Source: Macrostomum hystrix (lineage: Eukaryota; Animalia; Platyhelminthes). Taken from it: 64,000 nucleotides of DNA. The notes under the pieces were generated by a model. It had not been told where the DNA came from. It saw nothing but the letters and a program-made list of their open reading frames with translations, and ran no database searches. The stretch spans positions 20,894,001 through 20,958,000 of the forward strand of contig CATNEN010000001.1 in assembly GCA_950097015.1 (NCBI GenBank). Direction: 5' to 3'. Position numbers and translations under genes: made by a program. Positions 10,383-22,300 of this stretch are shown piece by piece. How positions within the stretch are numbered: the first letter of the stretch is position 1; each line of letters starts with the position of its first letter.

Positions 10383-13300
10383 TCAAATCAGGCGCTCCTC
10401 CGGCGGCGGCCTGACTGGCGGAGGCGCCTGGGCTGCGCGGCTGTTGCTGCTACTCTCGGCCTTCGACGGTCCGTAGGTGCCGGTCTCTTTGCGCCGGTTC
10501 TGGACGAATTTGAACAGCCCGGCTGCAGCTGGCAGGGACGGGTGGCAATGTCGCGTGTTGGAGTAGAAGGCAATACGATCGCAATATTATTATGAATAGA
10601 ATACCCATGCTTTAAGGCTCCTAACGCCCAACGGCTAACGGCGCCCTCTGATTTTCCATTGGCGCCCGCAAAGCTTGGGTATCAATTTGATTGTACCATA
10701 GACGTTTTTGCCCAAGCTATACTTTCAGAGTCAGAGACGGGGGTGTTGGGCAGAGCCCCCACTTCGGGGTGTGGAGACCCCACTTTGTGATGTCTTATTT
10801 AGGCCAGTGGGATGTTTAAGCGGCGGAGAGAGGGCTTGGGGGCTTGTCGTGCAATTTACGCCCTTGAGGGCCAACCTCCGAGGTACAGCGAGAGTGTACA
10901 CTGCCTAACGATGAGAAAGTCAGGGCAGATGTACACACCTGTGTGCGTGTGTACTCAGGAGTCAGCGAAACGGGGCAGAATTGCCTCCTCGCTGGCTGCG
11001 GGTCTATGATTGTGCCATTGCCTGCTACCATTCTGCAATTATTTTTATATTATTAATAATAAAGCCGTTTCCAAAGGCTTTGTACAGCTGTTCAGTCCAT
11101 GTACTGTGAGTGTCGGAACACTCGTACAATTTTCTCCCCCCCAATAAATTCTGGCCAGTATCCATTTTGTAACACAGTTAAACTGGGGATTAAACAGTGT
11201 AAGATATTTTTATGTCAAGTCTTTACTTCTCTACTTTCGCACAGTAGTCTAAATTGGAACTCACATTTTTTAATATCTGAGTTAGCTAAAGCAACGGTAT
11301 TTTTTCTGTGTTTGCAAATGTTTTCTTTTGTCTGAGAGTCGAACTCCTGACCTCCAAGTCCAGCTTTATGGAGGTCAGGAGTCCAGCTTCATGGCTAAAT
11401 GTTGCTTAGAGCCCGATTGTGACCATAATAAGTCTGCTGTTTGCAGTTCTTACCAACCAAATAGCCTGTAATTTTAGTGGCATTAGCTCTGGCCTTCCGA
11501 CCAGAACGTCAGGAGTTCGAGTCTCAGCCAAATGTAAATAATTTGCTTCCTATGACAAATCCGATGACATAAATCTTTCAACGAAGCCTTTGAGTCACTT
11601 CAGATACCTTTAAGTCGTTAGAGAAGCGTTTGAGTAGTCAGACAAGCTTTTTAGTCTTTTGAGTTCCTATAGAAGCGTTTGAGTCGTTAGAGAAGCGTTT
11701 GAGTCGTTAGAGAAGCGTTTGAGTCGTTAGAGAAACGTTTGAGTCGTTAGAGAAGCGTTTGAGTCGTTAGAGAAGCGTTTGAGTCGTTAGAGAAGCGTTT
11801 GAGTCGTTAGAGAAGCGTTCGAGTCGTTAGAGAAGCGTTTGAGTCGTTTGAGTCCCTATAGAAGCGTTTGAGTCATTAGTGAAGCGTTTGAGTTGTTCGA
11901 AAAGTGTTTGAGTTGTTAGAGAAGCGTTTGAGTCGTTAGAGAAGCGTTTGAGTCGTTAGAGAAACGTTTGAGTCGTTAGAGAAGCGTTTGAGTCGTTAGA
12001 GAAGCGTTTGAGTCGTTAGAGAAGCGTTTGAGTCGTTAGAGAAGCGTTCGAGTCGTTAGAGAAGCGTTTGAGTCGTTTGAGTCCCTATAGAAGCGTTTGA
12101 GTCATTAGTGAAGCGTTTGAGTTGTTCGAAAAGTGTTTGAGTTGTTAGAGAAGTGTTTGAGTTTTTAGAAAAGTGTTTGAGTCGTTAGAGAATTGTTTGA
12201 GTTGTTAGAAAAGCGTTTGAGTCATTAGTGAAGCGTTTGAGTTGTTCGAAAAGTGTTTGAGTCGTTAGAGAAGTGTTTGAGTTGTTCGAAAAGTGTTTGA
12301 GTCGTTAGAGAAGTGTTTGAGTTTTTAGAAAAGTGTTTGAGTCGTTAGAGAAGTGTTTGAGTTTTTAGAAAAGTGTTTGAGTCGTTAGAGAATTGTTTGA
12401 GTTGTTAGAAAAGCGTTTGAGTCGTTACAGAGCGGTATATGCCTAAACACCTATCATAGATATGTCCAAGACCATCACACAATCATAACAAAATGGCATA
12501 AAAAAATGTGCGTATAACTAGCGGTACGTATGAGCGGCGGTAAAGTTAAAGCACTCTCAAAACTGTTAACACACATTTTTCTCATAATTGAAATGCAAAT
12601 CTTCACTGACACAATGCCCCTTACAGTGTCAGTAAATGATGAGACCGTTTTGCTTTCATCTCAGTGTCGTGAGAAACACATTTTTGGCCTAACAGAGCTT
12701 TTCATTGTCTGGCTAGAAATTTATGACTGGATTAGACAGTCGATTTTTTTTCAAGCTAAAAGTCTACAGTTAAACAAAATAACCTATTTATTTTTTAGGA
12801 ACAACAACGTAACAGAATAAAAAACGATACATTTAAACTAAGAAAGAAAAATCTGCACAAAAGCATTCCGAAAGAGTTAGTAAGCACTAACTAAAAGATA
12901 AGCAACGGGACAAATTAGCGATAATCAGGGTCCCGCTCACGGGGGTCAGTGGCAGAGCGTTTGCCTCTCGCACCAAGGTCCCTGAGCTCGATTCCACGGC
13001 GAGGCCACATTTATCTGGGGCGCAGCCGCGGAGAGAAGGCTTGGGGGCTTGTCGTGCAATTTACGCCATTGAGGGCCAACCTCCAAGGCACAGTGAGAGT
13101 GTACACTGCCTGACGATGAGAAAGTCAGGGCAGATGTACGCACAGTGTGTGCCTGCGTACAGTATCTGTGTGCGTGTGTGCTCAGGAGTCAACGAAATGG
13201 GCAGAATTGCTCCTCGTTAGCTGCGGGTCTAGTGTCACCAATTGATGTGCCATTGCCCGCAGCCCTCCTGCAATTATTACTATTCTTCTTTTGAGTTTAC

Positions 13301-16300
13301 GTAAAATCACACATCCCAACTTAAAACCTTAGGTGTAGTTCTGAAAATTCAATATGAAGAATTAGATTTAGTTCAATGTTTCATTTTAAATGGAAATTTT
13401 AATACGCGTTTGATTCAAAGTTAGAAAGCCAATTCGATTACAATCTTACCTATTCGAGAATATCTTATCACTTTTTCCATGCTTTTTTAATTGCGCAATC
13501 AATTAGAGACTATAAAGAATGATTCCGCTCTACTTGCGTGATCCTACTTATGTCAGTAGGGCAATTGCGTTTTATAAAAAATATTTACATTTTTACAGAA
13601 ACTGTTTCCTTAGAAATGCTCAGGGTCCCACTCACCAACAGCAATGAAGATGACGAGGCCGACTACGCAGATGATGATGATGGCGGTGGTGGACACGCTG
13701 GCCATGGCGCCCAGCGAGTTGGCGCAGGTTGTGCCATAGAAGCCAGCAGCGCAGTCGCAGCGGAACAGGTTCCACAAGTCCGCGCAGCTGCCGGAGTTCT
13801 GGCAGACGCTGGCGGGCCTACCGTCCACTGTTGTCTGGCACACGCGGTCACCATGGCAACCCAGTAGTGGAGCGGACACTGCCGAGGCCCAATGAAATCC
13901 CGGAGTCCCAGCTGGCAGAGACCGATTGACCATGGGCGCCAGGTAGCCGTTAAGCCGGACATTGTCCAGACAGCCTTTGAATGCTGGGCCGCCAATGATG
14001 ATGCTGGCGGTTTGATCAAGCAGCAAGCTGGACAAGATGTTGGACTTCCCAGCTAAGGCCATGTCACTGCCATTGATTGACACGACAACTGACAGGGGAG
14101 CACCAGCTGAGCAATTGACGCTGAAAGTGAAAGGCAATGCTGTTGCTATGGAAACAGGTAGCAACACTGTCTGGTCATCAAGGGTGACCTGCAGCTGACT
14201 GGAGTTGCATCCCACGGACAGCCGGCGGGTACCAGTTGCCACGGACAACAGCTGACAGTCGGACTGGCGCGTCCGAGCCCACCCGGCAACGGTTGCTAGG
14301 GGCTCATTAAGGCTCCGGATGGCCAAGCTAAGCTGATTGGTTACTGGGGGGCTCTGCAGCGAGCTGCCGAACGTGGCTGCCGTGCGACCTGCAAAATAAA
14401 ATTTCGCAGCTTTTCCTATCAGCGTGAGTCTTAGTCGGCTTGGAACCAGCAGACTCAAATCAGCGTGAGTCTTAGTCGGCTTGGAACCAGCAGACTCAAA
14501 ATTCGAACTCACATTCGATGCCGCTTGGGTTCAAGTTGACGCACTCGGTGCCGTTCGGGCAGAACTCGCCAGTCGAGATGCAGGCATCCCTGACGTTGCA
14601 GTTCACACCGCGCCAGCCAGCTGTGCAGCTGCAGCTGGGCAAAATAATGTTTGAGGGTTTGAAAAGACAGATGATTTGGGATCAAAGTGACTGGCAGGAT
14701 AAAATATTATCTATCATCGATTTTTTAATTTAAAGATTTTAATGGGCATCAGGGTTGTTGGCTATCAGAGATTAGAGCTATTAGGGAGGGGAATGGGGCT
14801 GTTAAGCGCTTAGGAAATCTGGGCAATGAAATCTGGGATATTAGTGAATCAGAGCAATTGGGGGATAATGGCTATTAGGGGATCAGGGTTATTAGAGGAT
14901 CAGGGATATTAGGGGATCAGGGATATTAGAGTTATTATGGAGCAGGGTAAGATTCCGAGAGCTAGCTCAAAGTTGAAATGTTAAAGCACTCACGAGTAGG
15001 AATTGTAGAACACATCAGTGCAGGCGCCAGCATTCCTGCAGGGCGCCGTGGTGGCACAGACCGCCTCAGTTAGACTGCCAGTGGCCACATTGATGGATTC
15101 GCTGGCGACCACAGCTCCTGGTAGGCTGTCAATCAGGCTAGAAGCCACCAGTCCCAGAATCAGCGGCCGATTGCCGTTAACTCTGACGGCGCCCAGAACG
15201 CCTCTGAAGGCAGTCTCGTTCCCTGCGGCAGCCACGACGCTTGATGGCAGCTCCAGCGCGGCTCTGCTAGTACTGGAACCGCTGCTAGTGGGAGGAACCA
15301 CAGTCGGAGCTGGCGCGGCAGGGGCTCCGCTGAAGCCGCCGATGATAAGCTGACCGGAGGGCTGTGGCAGGGGAGCCGCACTGCTCAGCGATGCCGACCT
15401 CACAGTCGACGCCACCGTCAGCGACAACTCGCGACCTGAGATCGACAGGGCGATCTTCACGTAGACAAAGCTGCCAGTGGCCACCGAGTCAGGAGATGTC
15501 AGCGATGCGACCTGGGAGCCGTTGCTGAGCAGCAGCTGGGCGGAGAGACGACCGATGGCATCGATCTAAAACAAAAAAATTGGCTCAAAAATTAATTTCG
15601 ATAATTGTCTGGTTGTTATTATCACTCTACCCACCGTGACGAGCAGTCGTGGAGTAGTCGCCGAGTCGCTCGGGTCGCCGAGCTGCATCAGAAACGCTCC
15701 TGGAGACAGAGTCACCAGCCTCAGCTCGATCGTCCACGAGTCGCCGCTGAACACGCTTGAAACGGCGGGCACTGACTCGAAGCTCGCTGAGGACGCGTTG
15801 CCCCCCAGTCCGAATGAGAACGACGGAAGCCGCACAGAACAGTTGTGGCCACCAAAGTCCGCTGCGCACTGGCACACAAAGTCATTCCACACATCCAAGC
15901 ACCTCGAGCTCGTGCTCAGCTCACAGGGCGATGGGCTGCCGCACTGCACCGATCGACTGCACACTCCCCAGGTCGCGTTGCTCGACTCCACCGTGGTCTC
16001 CATGGCGACGAATGTCAAGTTGGAAGTCGCGAGTCGCACATCCCGCACGCAGCCGCGGAAGCCGCCTTTGGCCGATGCCGCGTCGCCTCCGACCCGAACT
16101 GACACTGAGCCTCGCTTGAATGTGTGCGACAGTCCGTCAACCAGCTGTGTGAGAGACTGCCTCACTCCTGCTGACGACCCCGTCCGAGTCAGTGTCGCAC
16201 TGCCATTGGTCAGGCTGACTGACAGTGTGAGCCAATCAGCAGCAGCCAGACTGTCACTGATTGGCCACTTGGTCTGACCAATCACAGACGATGAGCTGCT

Positions 16301-19300
16301 ATTCAGCAGCAGCAGCACGAGGCTGGAGTTGTGAGCACCGACTCGGATGAGTCCCGAGTCTGAGGACAGCCGAATCAGATCGAACTGGGTGAGACTGCTC
16401 CGGAATGAGAGCTCGAAGGTCCAGTCAGCCGAGCTGCTCGAGGCTGCGATGCTGAGCAGGGCGCTGAAGCTGGCGGAGCCGTTGAATGAGACCAGGGTTG
16501 TGAGGTTGCACTGAGAGCCCGTCCATCCTGGGCCGCAGGTGCACAGGTGTCCGTGCTCAGGTGTCGGCAGCTCCCTCAAGAGAACCGGCTCGCAGGTGGC
16601 GCCATTCCGACACGGCGCGGAGTCGCAGCCGGTCAGCCTGACGCTGCAGTTCTTGCCGCCGAACCCTGACGGGCAGTTGGTGCAGGCGTAGTCAGCCAGC
16701 AGGTCCTTGCAGACAGCTCCGTTGCGACACGGCTGACGGAACAGCTCGCACTCGTTGATGTCCACCGAGCAGTTGGCGCCCTCATATCCGGGCAGGCAGT
16801 GGCAGGTGAATGAGGCCAGGCCGTCCGTGCAGCTCGAGGCGTGAGCGCACACGCTCTGGTTGGTGCCGGGCAGCACGCAGTCGTCCGGGTTCACTGAGCA
16901 GTTTTTGCCTGAGGTTCCTGGAAGAAAGGAAACGTAGAACTTCTGTTTCATGAACCGGTCTTTACTGACACAATTCCCGCGCCTTCCCAAGCCGCGTTTA
17001 CTCGATTAAATCGGTACTCCGGGACTCGAGAGAATTATGCCAATTTTAAACAAAGGCTTTTCAGAGACTCAAAATTTCCCTTCGATAATTTATGTTTTTC
17101 TTTAATAATTCATGCTAAATAGTCGATAATTTATTTTTCCCCTCAATTATTTAAACTTTCCCTAAGATTTTTTAATGCTACTCGCAATTCATACATTTCA
17201 CTCGTTAACACATGTTACCCCCTGATAATTCATTTTACACCCTTGATTAATTATGCTACGCCCGATAATTTAGAACATCTTGTTGAATCCTTCTACTTCC
17301 TCGATAGATCATGCTACCCCTCAATAATAATAATTGGCTACCATTCGATAGATCATGCTACCCCTCAATAATAATAATTGGCTACCATTCGATAGATCAT
17401 GCTACAGCCTCAATAATAATAATTGGCTACCATTCGATAGATCATGCTACCCCTCAATAATAATAATTGGCTACCATTCGATAGATCAAGCTACCCCTCA
17501 ATAATAATAATTGGCTACCATTCGATAGATCATGCTACCCCTCAATAATAATAATTGGCTACCATTCGATAGATCAAGCTACCCCCTCAATAATAATAAT
17601 TGGCTACCATTCGATAGATCATGCTACCCCCCTCAATAATAATAATTGGCTACCATTCGATAGATCATGCTACCCCTCAATAATAATAATTGGCTACCAT
17701 TCGATAGATCATGCTACCCCTCAATAATAATAATTGGCTACCATTCGATAGATCATGCTACCCCTCAATAATAATAATTGGCTACCATTCGATAGATCAT
17801 GCTACCCCTCAATAATAATAATTGGCTAACCGTCGATAGATCATGCTACCCCTCAATAATAATAATTGGCTACCATTCGATAGATCATGCTACCCCTCAA
17901 TAATAATAATTGGCTAACCGTCGATAGATCATGCTACCCCTCAATAATAATAATTGGCTACCATTCGATAGATCAAGCTACCCCCTCAATAATAATAATT
18001 GGCTACCATTCGATAGATCATGCTACCCCTCAATAATAATAATTGGCTAACCGTCGATAGATCATGCTACCCCTCAATAATAATAATTGGCTACCATTCG
18101 ATAGATCATGCTACCCCTCAATAATAATAATTGGCTACCATTCGATAGATCATGCTACCCCTCAATAATAATAATTGGCTACCATTCGATAGATCAAGCT
18201 ACCCCCTCAATAATAATAATTGGCTACCATTCGATAGATCATGCTACCCCTCAATAATAATAATTGGCTACCATTCGATAGATCATGCTACCCCTCAATA
18301 ATAATAATTGGCTACCATTCGATAGATCATGCTACCCCTCAATAATAATAATTGGCTACCATTCGATAGATCATGCTACCCCTCAATAATAATAATTGGC
18401 TACCCCTCGATTGATCATGCTACCCCTCAATAATAATAATTGGCTACCATTCGATAGATCAAGCTACCCCTCAATAATAATAATTGGCTACCATTCGATA
18501 GATCATGCTACCCCTCAATAATAATAATTGGCTACCCCTCGATAGATCATGCTACCCCCTCAATAATAATAATTGGCTACCATTCGATAGATCAAGCTAC
18601 CCCTCAATAATAATAATTGGCTACCCCTCGATAGATCATGCTACCCCTCAATAATAATAATTGGCTACCCCTCGATAGATCATGCTACCCCCTCAATAAT
18701 AATAATTGGCTACCATTCGATAGATCATGCTACCCCTCAATAATAATAATTGGCTACCCCTCGATAGATCATGCTACCCCCTCAATAATAATAATTGGCT
18801 ACCCCTCGATAGATCATGCTACCCCTCAATAATAATAATTGGCTACCCCTCGATAGATCATGCTACCCCTCAATAATAATAATTGGCTACCATTCGATAG
18901 ATCATGCTACCCCTCAATAATAATAATTGGCTACCATTCGATAGATCAAGCTACCCCTCAATAATAATAATTGGCTACCCCTCGATAGATCATGCTACCC
19001 CTCAATAATAATAATTGGCTACCCCTCGATAGATCATGCTACCCCCTCAATAATAATAATTGGCTACCATTCGATAGATCATGCTACCCCTCAATAATAA
19101 TAATTGGCTACCCCTCGATAGATCATGCTACCCCCTCAATAATAATAATTGGCTACCCCTCGATAGATCATGCTACCCCTCAATAATAATAATTGGCTAC
19201 CCCTCGATAGATCATGCTACCCCTCAATAATAATAATTGGCTACCATTCGATAGATCATGCTACCCCTCAATAATAATAATTGGCTACCCCTCGATTGAT

Positions 19301-22300
19301 CATGCTACCCCCTCATGCAATATCTTCAAGAAATCATTATATTCCCTAGATCTAATGCTTTGCTTCACCAATTCCCAGCAATTTACCTGACATCTCATGC
19401 TGCTATCCATTGATATCTAACGCTATATTCTTTAGTTTCATATTTTCCTTCGAATTATTTTGCCTTAAAAATATAGAAAAATAATGATTGCTTCCCTGCT
19501 CGAAAAAACGTTACATTTCAAAAAGAGTAACGCCATGTGCTCCGATTAAAATATTTTCTCCTAGTTCTGAATCGAATAACGATTACTGCAATGTTGGAAA
19601 CGTTTTCTTTCGTTATGAAAATAAAATAACGCTAACAGCTACGCGTACGTATGCCCGAGCGGTATTCATTTAGTTTTGAATCGAATAACGCTTGAAGCCA
19701 TGCTAAAAATGGCTTCAACTAAAAATGAATAACGCTGTTAGCTATTTACATATTTTTTCTAGTTCTGAATTTGATAGCGCTTGCAGCAATGCTCAGAAAC
19801 CTTCCTTAGTTTTAGTATCAAATAACACTTGCTGCTGCACTCGAAAAAACTTACCAGCGTATATTCATTTCTCACAGCGAGAAGGTTCAAAAAGGCAAAC
19901 AAATATTTGCTTTGACAGTAGGTAATCGAATGAGCTTACTATTTATACTGGAACCCAATAAAAAATTACCTTAAATATTGACTAGCAACGATGCCCCCTT
20001 TTCGGGAGCTTAAACCTGAATGCAAAAATCTGTGAAGTTACGAAAGTTTTTCAGTCTGTCAAACAATGCTACCCTTCCCATAAATCACACTACCCCTCTA
20101 CAATTCATGCTACTCCCTTGATTCATTATTACCCCCTCGACAAGTGCATAATTGTTGTGAGACTCACCAGCCGGGCACAAGCATTCAAAGCCAGCTGCAA
20201 GTGAATAATTGAAAGCGCCATTGAAGGGAAATGGCAAGCTGGCATTGCCATAGAGTCGCTGATTGCTTCTCTCCAGGCAGGTGCCATTGTACTGACACGG
20301 GTTGGGCCTGCAGTCGGGCACATCAACAGTACAGTTCCTGCCAGTGTAGGCGGCTAAGCAGTTGCAGGTGTAGTTCTTCACTCCGTCGACACAAACGCCA
20401 GCGTTGGCGCACGGGTTACCAGATGCGGCGCAGTCGTCAATGTTTTCACTGCAGTTGGCTCCACGGAATCCAGTGTCAGAGCAGTTGCAGGTGTAGCTGA
20501 GGGCGGGCGAGGAAAAACTGGTTACAGAACTGGGTGGGGATAACACTCCACAGAACTGGGTGGGGATAACACTCCACAGAACTGGGTGGGGATAACACTC
20601 CACAGAACTGGGTGGGGATAACACTCCACAGAACAGGGATGGGGATAAAACTCCACAGAACTGGGATGGGGATAACACCCCACAGAACTGGGATGGGGAT
20701 AACACCCCACAGAACAGGGATGGGGATAAAACTCCACAGAACAGGGATGAGGATAACACCCCACAGAACTGGGATGGGGATAACACCCCACAGAACAGGG
20801 ATGGGGATAACACTCCACAGAACTGGGATGGGGATAACACCCCACAGAACTGGGTGGGGATAACACCCCACAGAACAGGGATGGGGATAACACTCCACAG
20901 AACTGGGGTTGGGAAAACACTCCACAGAACTGGGGTTGGGAAAACACCCCACAGAACAGGGATGGAGATAACACCCCACAGAACAGGGATGGAGATAACA
21001 CCCCACAGAACTGGGATGGGGATAACACCCCACAGAACTGGGATGGGGATAACACTCCACAGAACTGGGGTTGGGAAAACACTCCACAGAACTGGGGTTG
21101 GGAAAACACCCCACAGAACAGGGATGGAGATAACACCCCACAGAACAGGGATGGAGATAACACTCCACAGAACTGGGGTTGGGAAAACACTCCACAGAAC
21201 AGGGATGAGGATAACACCCCACAGAACAGGGATGGGGATAACACCCCACAGAACTGGGATGGGGATAACACTCCACAGAACTGGTTGGGGATAATGATAG
21301 CATATAATGAAGTGGTTGAGTATATTTCTAAACAAATAATTTTTTAAGGATAAAAGCTTGTACAACACACGACGCTTTCTTGCACAAAAATGTGTTTCTA
21401 AAAATAGCATTCAAATTAGGCACACGCCCAACACAGCGAAGTGCATTGAAATGTGATAATATCGCAGATTAAGTAAATCAGGCCTGACCTGGCATTGCCG
21501 TCAATGCAGCTGCCTCCGTTCAGGCATGCACCAGCGAAGCAGTCGTTCGTGTTCGCAGAGCAGTCTCTGCCACCCCAGCCCATGTAGCAGCTGCAGTTGT
21601 AGTTATTCACCAGATTGCTGCACCTACCGTTTAGGCAGGGGTTTGAGGCGCAGTTGTCAGTAACGTTCTCGCATCTAGTGCCTGCAAGCAAACATTTTAG
21701 GATAATATTTGTAGGAAATATAGGAAAATAAAACCGATGCAACTGTTAGGCAAACTGCGTGCTAGCTAGCAGAAGCTGAAGCTAGCAGGGTGAGATAGAC
21801 AAGAGAGGGCAGTGGACAGAGGGTGAGATGGAAGTCAGGTGAACAGTCAGAGGGTGAGATAGAAGTCAGGTGAACAGTCAGAGGTTGAGATAGAAGTCAG
21901 GTGAACAGTCAGAGGGTGAGATAGGAGTCAGGTGAACAGTCAGAGGTTGAGATAGAAGTCAGGTGAACAGTCAGAGGATGAGATAGAAGTCAGGTGAACA
22001 GTCAGAGGGTGAGATAGAAGTCAGGTGAACAGTCAGAGGGTGAGATAGGAGTCAGGTGAACAGTCAGAGGTTGAGATAGAAGTCAGGTGAACAGTCAGAG
22101 GGTGAGATAGAAGTCAGGTGAACAGTCAGAGGGTGAGATAGAAGTCAAGTTGAACAGTCAGAGGGTGAGATAGAAGTCAAGGTGAACAGTCAGAGGGTGA
22201 GATAGAAGTCAAGGTGAACAGTCAGAGGGTGAGATAGAAGTCAAGTTGAACAGTCAGAGGGTGAGATAGAAGTCAAGGTGAACAATCAGAGGGTGAGATA

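Noticed and set aside
13098-13140. Hammerhead-ribozyme-like string CTGACGA-TGA-GAAA-GTC in the SINE body
   Set aside because: There is no helix II or III, and helix I is out of register. A simple hairpin explains the pairing, and the motif is mutated in several copies.
17300-19315. 44-bp regularly spaced repeats as CRISPR or a coding repeat
   Set aside because: It is a pure tandem array inside a crb intron with no spacers.
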